A program made the position numbers and the translations under genes. A DNA stretch of 64,000 nt from the human T2T-CHM13v2.0 reference genome, Homo sapiens. Shown one piece after another: positions 12,721 through 25,380 of this stretch (positions are counted from its first letter, which is position 1; each line of letters begins with the position of its first letter). Location of the stretch: the NCBI RefSeq assembly GCF_009914755.1, contig NC_060940.1, one strand, 5' to 3'. The notes under the pieces were generated by a model. It was not told the DNA's origin, ran no database searches, and saw nothing but the letters and a program-made list of their open reading frames with translations.

Positions 12721-15700
12721 AGTCCATTTAATGATTCCATTTGATTCCAGTCTCTGATGTTTACATTCGAGTCCATACGATGATTCCACTCAATTCCATA
12801 TGATGATGATTCCATTCGATTCCATTCGATGATTCCATTCTATTCTATTCAATGGTGATTCCATTCGAGTACATTAGATGATTCCATTCGATTCCATTCA
12901 ATGATGATTCTACTTGTGTCCCTTAGATGATTCCACATGATTCCATTAGATGATGATACTATTTGAGCCCATCCAATGATTCCCTTCGATTCCATTCGAT
13001 GAGGATTCCATTCGATTCAATTCATTGGTGATTCTATTCAATTCAATTCTTTGATTCCATTCCATTCCATTCGACAATGATTCCATTCGATTTCTTTCGA
13101 TGATTCCACTCGATTTCACTTGACATTGATTCCATTCGATTCCATTCAATGATTCCATTTGATTCCAGTGGATGATTATTGCCGTCGATTCCATTCGATC
13201 ACTCCATTCTGTTCCATTTGATGATGATTACATTCGATTCCATTTGATGATTCCATCTGATTCTATTCGAGGATTCCATTTGATTCCATTCGATGATGAT
13301 TCCATTCGAGTCCATTCGATGGTTTCATTCGAGTACATCCAATGATTCCATTCGAGTCCATTTGATGATTCCATTTCATTCCATTTGATTATGATTCTAC
13401 TAGAGTCCATTCAATGACTCCATTCGAGTCCATTCAACAGTTCCATCCGAGTCCATTCGATGATTCCATTCGATTCCATTTGATGATTCCATTCGAGTCC
13501 ATTTAATCATTACAGTCGAGTCCATTTGGTGATTCCACTGGATTTCTTTTGATAATGATACCATTCAATTACATTTGATGATGATCCCATTCAATTTCAT
13601 TTGATGATGATTCCATTAGAGTCCATTCCATGATTTCATTCGAGTCCCTTCATTGATTCCATCCGATTTCATTTCATGATGACTCCATTCGAGTCCATTC
13701 GATGATTCCACTCGATTCCTTTAGATGATTCCATTGGAGTCCATTTGATTGTTCCATTCGATTCCATTCGATTCCTTTCGAAGATTATTCCATTTGAGTC
13801 CATTCGATGATGATTCCATTCCATTCCATTCGATGATTCCGTTTGATTCCATTCGATGATTCCCTGCGATTCCTTTCTATGATGATTCCATTCCATTCCA
13901 TTCAATGATTCCATTCGAATCTATTCCATGATGATTCCTTTCGATTCCATTCGCTGATGTTTCCGTTCAATTCCATTCGATGATGATTCCATTCGATTCC
14001 ATTCATTGAGGATTCCATTGGATTCCATTCAATGATGATTCCATTCTATTCCATTCAATGATTGCATTCAATTCCATTCAATGATTATGCCATTAGAGTA
14101 AATTCAACGATTCCATTCAATACCATTCGATGATGATTCCTTTTGAGTCCATTCAATGATTTCATTCAAGTCCATTTGATGATTCCTTTCAATTCCATTC
14201 CATGATGATTCCATTCGAGTCCATTCGATGATTCCATTCGATTGCATTCGATGATTCCATTATATTCCATTCAACGATGATTCCATTCGAGTCCATTCGA
14301 TGATTCCATTAGAGTACATTTAATGATTGCTTTGTTTTCAATTCGAAGATGATTACATTGGATTCCATTCTATGATTCCATTCGATTGCATTCATTGATG
14401 ATTCCACCCAATTCCATTCGATGATGATTCCATTCGATTTCAATGATTCTACTCGATTCCATTCAATGATGATTCAATTCTATTCCGTTTGATGATTCCA
14501 TTAGATTCCATTCTATGATGATTCCATTCGAGTCCATTCGAAGATTTCATTCGATTACATTCCATGACGATTCCATTCGAGTCCATTCGATGATTCCATT
14601 TGAATCCATTCGACGATGATTCCATTTGATGCTATCCGATGATTCCATTGGATTCCATTCGATGATGATTCCATTCGACTTGATTTGATGTTTCTATTTG
14701 AGTCCATTCGGTTATTTTATTAGACTACATTCGATGATGATTCCATTCGATGCCATTCAATGATTCCATTTGATTCCACTCAATGATGATTGCATTCGTG
14801 TCCATTCGATGATTCCATTTGGTTCCATTTGATGATGATTCCATTCGAGTCCATTCGATGATACCATTCAATTCCATTCGATGATCATTCCATTCGAATC
14901 CATTTGATGATTCCACTCAATTCCATTTGATGACTCCTTTCATTCCCATTCGATGATTCCCTTCAGTTCCAATTGGATGATCTTTCCATTTGATTCAATA
15001 TGGTGACTCCATTCTATTATATTCAATGATGATTCCATTCGACTCCATTAGATGATGACTCCATTCCATTCCATTCGATTGTGATTTCATTCGATTCCAT
15101 TCGAAGATGATTCCATTCGAGTCCATTTGATGATTCCATTCGATTCCATTCAATGATGATTCCACTCAAATCCATTGGATGATTCCATTCGTTTCCAATT
15201 GGTGATTTCATTAGATTCCATTCGAGGATGATTCTATTCGAGTCCATTCAATGATTCCATTGGATTCCGTTTGATAATGATTCCATTAGAGTTCATTCGA
15301 TGATTCCCTTCGAGTCCATTCGATTATTTCTTTTGATTCCATTTGATGATGATTCCATTCGATTCCATTCAATGATTCCATTCCATTCCATTCGATGATG
15401 ATTCCATTCGATAATGATTACATTCGAGCCCATGTGATGATTCCATTAGATTCTATTCAATGATGATTCCATTCGACCACATTCGATGATGGCATTCGAG
15501 TCCATTCGATGATTTCACTCGATTCCACTTGATGATGATTCCTTTTGAGTCCATTTGATGATTACATTCGAGTCCATGAGATGACTCCATTCGATTCCAT
15601 TTCATGATGATGCAATTCGAGGCTATTCGATCATCCCATTTTAGTGCATTCGGTGATTCTCTTTTATTACATTCGATGAGGGCTCCATTCGAGTCCATTC

Positions 15701-18700
15701 AATGATTCCATTAGATTCCACTCGATGATGATTCCATTTGAGTCCATTCAAAGATTCCTTTCGAGTCCATTCGATAATTCTATTGGATTCCACTAGGTGA
15801 TGATTCCTTTCGAGTCAATTCGATGATTCCTTTCAAGTGCCTTCAATGATTCCATTCGATTCCATTCGATGACGATTCATTTCAAGTCCATTCAATGGTT
15901 CCATTCTGTTGAATTTGATGGTTCCATTTGATTCCATTCGATGATGATTCCATTCGTGTCCATTGGATGATTCCATTCGATTCCTTTCGAGGAAGATTCC
16001 ATTCGACTCCATTCGATGATTCCGTTCGATTCCATTCCATGATGATTCCATTTGATTCCATTCCATGATTCCATTCGATACCATTCGATGATGATTCCAT
16101 TCGACTCCATTTGATGAATCCATTCAATGCTTCCATTCGAGTCCATTCGATGATTCCATTCGATTCCATTCCATGAAGATTCCATTCGAGTACATTTGAT
16201 GATTCCATTTAATTCCATAGGATGATGATTCTATTAGGGTCCGTTGACTATTCCATTCAATTCCATTCGAAGACTCCATTCGAGTCCACTCGATGATTCT
16301 ATTTGATTCCATTTGATAATTCCATTCGATTCCATTTGATGTTGATTCCATTCGAGTCCATTCGATCATTATTACATTTGATTCTATTCGATGATTCCAT
16401 TCGATTCCATTTGATGAGGATTCCATTCGAGACCATTTGATGATTCCATTCAATTCCATTGGATGATTCCAATATTTTCCATTAGATGATGATTCCATTC
16501 GATTCCATTCAATGATGATTCCATCAGAATCCATTCGATGATGACTCCTTTTGCTTCCATTCAATGATCATTACATTCGGTTCCATTCGATGATGATTCC
16601 TTTGGATTCCATTCGATGATGCTTCCATTCGATTCCATTTGATGATGATTCTTTTCGATTCCATTTGATGATGATTCCATTTGATTCCATTCGATGGTGA
16701 TTCCATTTGATGATTCCATTCGATTGTATTCGATGATGATTCCACTCGATTCTATTTGATGATGACTGCATTCGATTCCATTTGATGATTCCATTTGATT
16801 CCATTCGATGATGATTCTGATCAATTGCATTCGATGATCCATTCGATTCCATTTGATGGTTCCATTTGATTCCATTTGATAATGATTCCTTTCGAGTCCA
16901 TTCGATGATTCCATTTGCGGATATTCGATAATTCCATTTGAGTCCAACCGATGATTCCATTCGAGGCCATTCAATCATTCTTTTTGAGTCCTTTCGATAA
17001 AGATTCCATTTTAGTCCATTCAATAATTCCACTGGAGTCCATTCGATGATTGCTTTTAATTCCATTCGATGATATTCCATTCGAGTCCATTCGATGATTC
17101 CATTCGTTGCTATTAGATGATGATTCCATTCATGACCATTTGGTGATTCCATTCGATTTCATTCGTTGATGATTCCATTCGAGTCCATTCCATGATTCCA
17201 TTCAAGTCCATTTGATGATTTCTTTGAATTCAATTCGATGATGATTCCATTCGAGTCCATTCGATGATTCCATTCAGTTCCATTCGATGATGATTCCTTT
17301 CGAGACCATATGATGATTCCATTTGATTTCATTCGATGATGATTCCATTCGATTCCATTCGATGATTCCATTCTATTCCATTCGATGATGATTCCATTCG
17401 AGTCCATTTAATGATTCCATTGGGTTCAATTCAATGATGATTACATTGGATTCTCTTCTATGATACCATTCAATTCCGTTCATTGACAATTTGATTCCAT
17501 TCGATGATGATTCCATTTGAGTTCATTCGATGATTCTATTCGATTCTCTTCGATGGTGATTCAATTCTATTATATTGGATGATTCCATTCGATTCCATTT
17601 GATGTTGATTCAATTCGATTCTATTCGATGATGATTCCATTGGATTTCATTTGATGATTCTATTCGATTCCATTCAATGATGATTCACTTCTCGTCCATT
17701 GGATGATTCCATTTCATTCCATTCGATGATGATTCCATTCGATTCCATTCGATGATTCCATTTGATTCCATTCGACGGTGAGCAATTCGATTCAATTCCA
17801 TGATGATTCTATTTGATTCAGTTAGATGATGTTTCCATTCGAATCCATTCCATGATTATTCCATTGGAATCCATTCGGCGATGATTCCATATGAGTCAAT
17901 TCAATGATGCTTCCATATGGGTCAGTTCGATGATAATTCCATTTGATTTCATTCGATGCTTCTATTCAATTCCAGTCGATGATGATTCCGTTGGAGTCCA
18001 TACGATGACTCCATTTGATTTCATTTGATGATGATTCCATTCGATTCCATTCGATGACTCCATTCTGTTCCATTCGATGATGATTCCATTCGAGTCCATT
18101 CGATGATTCCATTCGAGTCCATTTCATGATTCCATTGGGTTCAATTCGATGATGATTACACTGGATTCCATTCTATGATTCCATTCAATTCCATTCGTTG
18201 ATGATTCGATTCCATTCAATGATGATTCCATTTGAGTTCATTCGATGATTCTATTCGATTCCGTTCGATGGTGATTCAATTCTATTATATTGGATGATTC
18301 CATTCGATTCCATTTGATGATGATTCCATTCGATTCCATTCGATGATGATTCCATTTGATTCCATTTGATGTTGATTCTATTCGATTCTATTCAATGATG
18401 ATTCCATTCGATTTCATTTGATGATTCTATTCGATTCCTTTCGATGATTCTATTCCATTCCATTCGATGATGATTCAATTCTCTTCCATTGGATGATTCC
18501 ATTTTATTCCATTCGACGATGACTCCATTTGATTCCATTCAATGATGATTCCATTCGATTCCATTCGGTGATTCCATTTGATTCCATTCGACGGTGAGCA
18601 ATTTGATTCAATTCCATAATGATTCTATTTGATTCAATTAGATGATGTTTCCATTCGAATCCATTCGGTGATGATTCCATTGGTATCCATTCGACGATGA

Positions 18701-21700
18701 TTCCATATGAGTCAATTCGATGATGATTCCATACGAGTCCGTTGGATGATAATTCCATTTGATTTCATTCATTCCTTCTATTCGATTCCACTTGATGATG
18801 ATTCCATCTGAATCCATTCTCCGATTCCATTCGATTTCATTCGATGCTTCTATTTGATTTCATTCGAAGATGATTCCTTTCAATTCCGTTCATTAATTCC
18901 ATTTGATTCCATTCGATGATGATTCCATCCGATTCCATTGGATGATGATTCCATTCGAGTCCATTCGATGATTCCGTTCTAATCCATTCTATGATTCCAT
19001 TCGAGTCCATTCGATGATTCCATTCGATTCCATTCAGTGATGATTCCATTTGATTCCATCTGATGATGATTTCATTTGATTCCATTCGATGATGATTCCA
19101 TTGGAGTCCATTGAATGATTCAATTCAATTCCATTCCATGTGGATTCCATTCGAATTCATTCGATTATTCCATTCAAATCCCTTCGTTGATTCCATCTGA
19201 TTCCACTTGACGATGATTCCATTCAAGTCCAATCGATGATTCCATTCGGTTCCATTCAATGATTCCATTCGAGTCCATTTATGTATTATATTCGTGTCCA
19301 CTTGATGACTCCATTCAATTCCATTTAATGATGATTCCATTTGATTCCATTTGATGATTCAGTTCGATTCCTTACAATGATTCCCTACGATTCCTTTCTA
19401 TGATGATTCCATTCGATTCCATTCATTGATGATTCCATTCGACTCCATTCAATGATGATTCCTTTCGATTCCATTTGACGATGTTTCCATTTGAGTCCAT
19501 TCGATGATGATTCCATTGGTATCCATTCGACGATGATTCCATATGAGTCAATTCGATGATGATTCCATACGAGTCCGTTGGATGATAATTCCATTTGATT
19601 TCATTCAATCCTTCTATTCGATTCCATTTGATGATGATTCCATCTGAATCCATTCTCCGATTCCATTCGATTTCATTCGATGCTTCTATTTGATTTCATT
19701 CGAAGATGATTCCTTTCAATTCCATTCATTAATTCCATTTGATTCCATTCGATGATGATTCCATCCGATTCCATTGGATGATGATTCCATTCGAGTCCAT
19801 TCGATGATTCCGTTCTAATCCATTCTATGATTCCATTCGAGTCCATTCGATGATTCCATTCGATTCCATTCAGTGATGATTCCATTTGATTCCATCTGAT
19901 GATGATTTCATTTGATTCCATTCGATGATGATTCCATTGGAGTCCATTGAATGATTCAATTCAATTCCATTCCATGTGGATTCCATTCGAATTCATTCGA
20001 TTATTCCATTCAAATCCCTTCGTTGATTCCATCTGATTCCACTTGACGATGATTCCATTCAAGTCCAATCGATGATTCCATTCGGTTCCATTCAATGATT
20101 CCATTCGAGTCCATTTATGTATTATATTCGTGTCCACTTGATGACTCACTCCATTCAATTCCATTTAATGATGATTCCATTTGATTCCATTTGATGATTC
20201 AGTTCGATTCCTTACAATGATTCCCTACGATTCCTTTCTATGATGATTCCATTCGATTCCATTCATTGATGATTCCATTCGACTCCATTCGATGATGATT
20301 CCTTTCGATTCCATTTGACGATGTTTCCATTTGAGTCCATTCGATGATGATTCAATTCAGTTCTGTTCTATTATGAATCCATTCGATTTCATTCAATGCT
20401 TCTATTTGATTCCATTCGACGATGATTCCATCTCTTTCCCTTCGATGATTCCATTTGATTCCATTCAGTGATGATTCCATTTGATTCCATCTGATGATGA
20501 TTTCACTTGATTCATTTCAATGATGATTCCATTCAAGTCCATTCGATGATTCCATTGGAGTCCAAACGATCATTCCATTCGATTCCATTCAATGATGATT
20601 CCATTCATGTCCATTCAATGAATCCTTTCAATTCCATTCGATGATGACTCCATTCGAGTACATTCGATGATTCCATTTGATTCCATCTGATGATGATTAC
20701 ATTCAATTCCATTCGAAGATGATTCCATTCAATTCCACTTGATGATGATTCCGTATGAATCCATTCGCTGATTATTCCATTCGATTCCATTCATTGACGA
20801 TTCCATTCGATTCCATTCAATGATGATTCTCTTCTATTGCATTCGATGATTCCGTTCGATTCCATTCGATGATGATTCCATTAGATTCCATTCGATTGTT
20901 GCATTCGATTCCCTTCGATGATGATTCCTTTGAATTCCATTCGATTATGATTCCGTATGAATCCATTTGATGATTATTCCATTGGATTCCTTTCGATGAT
21001 GATTCCATTCGATTCCATTTGATGATGTTTCTCATGTATTCCATTTGATAATTCCTTTCAATTCCCTTCGATGATGATTCTTTCGAGTCAATTCGATGAT
21101 TCTATTCCATTCCCTTCGATGATGATTCCATTTCACTCCATTCGATGATTCCATTCGATTCAATTTGGTGATGATTCAATTCGATGACATTCGATGACTC
21201 CATTCAATTTCATTTGATGATGATTACATTCGAGTCCATTTGATGATTGTATTCCTTTCCTTTTGATGATTATTCCATTCGTGTCTATTCAAAGATTCCA
21301 TTCTATTCCATTCAACGATGATTCCAATTGATTCCATTCAATGATTATGGCTATCGATTCCACTCGTTGATTCCATTTGATTCCATTCGATGATTATTCC
21401 GTTAGATTCCATTAGGAGATTCCATTCGATTTTATTCAATGATTCCAATTGATTCCATTCAATGATGATTCCATTCGACTCCATTCAGTGATTCCATTTG
21501 AGTCCATTTGATGATTCCATTCGAGTCCATTTGGTGATTCCATTCTTTTCCATTTGATGATGATTCCATTAGGGTCCATTCAATGATTCCATTCGAGTCC
21601 ATTCGTTAATGCCTTTCGAGTCCTTTTGATCACTACATTCGAGTCCATTCAATGATTCTATTCGATTCCATTCCATGATGATTCCATTCGAGTTCATTCG

Positions 21701-24700
21701 ATGATTGCATTCGAGTCCATTTGATGATTCCATAAGATTCCATTCGACAATGATTCCATTCGTGTCCATTTGATGATTCCATTCATTTCCTATCGATGAA
21801 GATTCCATTCGAGTGTATTCGATGATTCCATTCAAATCCATTCGATGATGATTCCATTCCAGTCCATTCGATCATTCCACTTGATTCCATTTGATGACTA
21901 TTCCATTCAAATCCATTTGATGATTCCATTCGATTCCATTCGATGTTACCATTCCAGTATATACGATGATTCCACTCGATTCCATTTGATGATTATTCCA
22001 TTGGAGTCGACTTAGTGAATCCTTTAGATTCTACTCGAAGATGATTCCATTCGAGTCCATTCGATGATACCATTCAATTCCATTCGTTGATGCTTCCATT
22101 CAAGTGCATTCGATGATATCATTCGATTCCATTTGATGATAATTCCATTTGATTCCATGTGATGATTCTATTCCATTCCATTCAATGATAATTCCATTCA
22201 ATTCAGTGATTCCTCTGGACTCCATTTGATGATGATTCCATTCAATGATTCCATTCGATTCTATTCGAAAATGATTCCATTTGAATCCATTTGATGATGA
22301 TTCCATTCGATTCCATTTGATGATTCCATTCGATTCCATTCGACGATGATTCCATTCGATTCCATTTGATGATTCCATTCTATTCTATTCGATGATGATT
22401 CCATTCGATTCCATTCGATGATGATTGGATTCGATTCCATTTGATGATTTCATTTGATTCAATTCGATGATGATTTCGATCAATTCCATTCGATGATTCC
22501 ATTCGATTCCATTTGATAATGATTACATCCGAGTCCATTCGATGATTCCATTTGAGCCCGTTCGATAATTCCATTTGAGTCCAATCAATGATTCCATTCA
22601 TTTCCATTCAATGATTCCATTCGAGTCCATTTGATCATTCCGGTAGGGTCCGTTCGATGTTGATTCCATTGGAGTGCCTTCGATGATTCCATTCGAGTCC
22701 ATTTTAGGATTTGATTCGAGTCCTTTCGATGATTCCATTCGATTCCACTCGATGATGATTTCATTCGAGTCCATTCGACACTTCCAATCGATTCCATTTG
22801 ATGTTTCCATTCGAGTCCAATTGATGATTCCATTCAATTCCATTCGATGATGATTCCGTACGATTCCATTCTGTGATGATTCCATGTGATTGCATTCAAT
22901 GATGATTCCTTTCGATTGCATTCGATTATGATTCATTTCGTGTTCATTCTATGGTTCCACAGGTTTCACATCGTGTCCATTCCATTATTCCATTCTATTC
23001 CATTTGATGATGATTCCATTCGATTCCATTCATTGGTGATTCCACTCAATTCCATTCAATGATTCCATTCCATTTCTTTCAACAATGATTCCATTAGTTT
23101 CTAATCGATGATCCACTTGATTCCATTTGACGATGATTCCATTCTTGTCCATTCGATGATTCCATTTGATTCCATATGATGATGATTCCATTCGATTCCA
23201 CACGATGATTATTCCATTCGAGTCCATTCAATGGTGATTCCATTCAATTCCATTCGATGATTCCTTTCGATTCCATTTGATGATGATGGCATTCGATTCC
23301 TTTCAATCATTCCCTTTGATTCCACTCAAAGGTGATTTCATTCAAGTCCATTCGATAATTGCATTCGATTCCATTCTATGATGATTCCATTCGAGTCCAT
23401 TTGATGATTCCATTCAATTCAAGTCAATGATGATTCCATTCGATTCCATTCGATGATTCCATTGGATTCCATTCGATGATGATTCCATTCAAATCCATTC
23501 GATAATTCAATTCACGTACATTCGATGATGATTCCAATCGAATCCATTCAAAGATTCCATTCAATTCCATTCGATGATTCCCTTAGATTCCATTCGATGA
23601 TTCCACTTGATTCCATTTACGATGATTCCATTCGATTCCATGTGATGATTCCATTCAATTCTATTCAATGATGTTTCCATTTGATTCCATTCGACCATGA
23701 TTGCCTTTGATTCCATTCAATGATTCCATTCGGTTCCGTTTGATGATGATTCCGTTCGATTCCATTTGATGATTCCATTTGATTCCATTGGATGAGTCCA
23801 TTCGATTACATTCGATGATTATTCCATTCGAGTGCATTAGATGATTCCATTCGAGTCCATTCGATGATTCCATTCGAGTCCATTCGATGATTCCATTCGA
23901 TTCCATTCGATGTTGATTCTGTTCAAATCCATTCGATGATTCCACTCGATTCCATTCGATGACTCCATTTGATCCCATTCGATGATTTCCTTTGATTCCC
24001 TTTGATGATCATTCCATTTGATTCAATTCGGTGATTTCATTTGATTCCATTCAGTGATGTTTCCATTCGACTCCATTCGATGATGATTCCATTCGACTAC
24101 ATTCGATTATGATTTCATTCAATTCCATTCGATAAAGATTCCCTTCGAGTCCAAACTATGATTCCATTCGATTCCATTCAACGATGATTTGATTCGTGTC
24201 CATTCGATGATTCCATTTGATTCCACTTGATGAGGATTCCATTCGAGTCCATTTGATGATTCCATTCAATTCCATTCTCCGATGATTTCTTTTGAGCCCA
24301 TTCAATGCTTCCACTCGATTACATATGATGATGACTCCATTCGATGAAACTCGATGATGATTCCATTCGCTTGCATTCGATGATGATTCCACTTGAGTCC
24401 GTTAGAAGATTCTATTCAATTACATTCCATGACGATTCTGTTCGAGTCCATTTGATGATTCCATTACACTCCATTCGACAATGATTCCATTCAATGTTAT
24501 TCGATGATTCCATTCGATCTCATTCGATGATGATTCCATTCAAGTCCATTCGATGTTTCCATTCGAGTTCATTCTATTATTCCATTAGATTCCATTCGAT
24601 GATGATTCCATTCGATTCCATTTGATGATTGCATTCTATTTCATTTGATGATGATTCCATTCGAGTCCATTCGATGATTCCATTCGAGTCCATTTAATGA

Positions 24701-25380
24701 ATCCATTGGTTTCAATTCTATGATGATTATATTGGATTCCATTCGTTGATGATTTCATTCGATTCCATTCAATGATGATTCCATTCAATTCCATTCAATG
24801 ATTCCATTCAATTCCATACGATGATGATTCCATTTGATTTGATTCGACAGTGAGCCATTCGATTCAATTCCATGATGATTCTGTTTGATTCACTTGGTTG
24901 ACATTTCCATTCGATTCCATTCGATGATGATTCCATTTGATTCCATTCAAAGATGATTCCATTCTAGCCCATTCAATCATTCCATTCGATTCTATTCAAT
25001 GATGATTCCATTCATGTCGATTTGGTGATTCCATTTGACTTCATTTGATGATGATTCCTTTCAAGTTCATTAGATGATTCCATTCGATTCCATTTGATGA
25101 TGATCCCATTCGAGTCCATTCAGTGATTCCACTCGTTTCCATTCCATGATGATTCCATTCCATTCCATTCAATGATTCCATTCGATTCCGTTTGATGATG
25201 ATTTCATTCGAGTCCATTTGATGATTCCATTTGATTCCATTCGATGATGATTCCATTCGAGTCCATTCGATGATTCTATTCGAATCCATTTGATGATTTC
25301 TTTTGATTATATTTGGTGATGATTCCATTGGAGTCCATTCAATGATTCCATTCGATTCCAATCGATGGTGGTTCCATTAG
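12721..25380 (+). repeat. Higher-order repeat unit 1 (12,660 bp; phase arbitrary)
   Basis: ORFs at 12946, 13228, 13669, 14725, 16571 recur at 25606, 25888, 26329, 27385, 29231 (+12660) with near-identical translations. Confidence 0.93.
18670..20352 (+). repeat. Nested tandem duplication (836 + 840 bp) in unit 1
   Basis: TGGTATCC at 18681 and 19517; ORFs 18837/19673 and 19125/19961 (+836). Confidence 0.92.

Noticed and set aside
22636-22660. G-rich motif CCGGTAGGGTCCG as a possible regulatory or G-quadruplex element
   Set aside because: It fits a multiply mutated monomer (CCATTCGAGTCCA), has too few G-runs, and recurs only through duplication.
12721-25380. Unit as a dimer of a ~6.1-6.3 kb repeat
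   Set aside because: Rare markers (SalI site, GAGGGCTCC, TTTGCGGATA) occur once per 12.66 kb, and no half-period match is visible in the ORF track.
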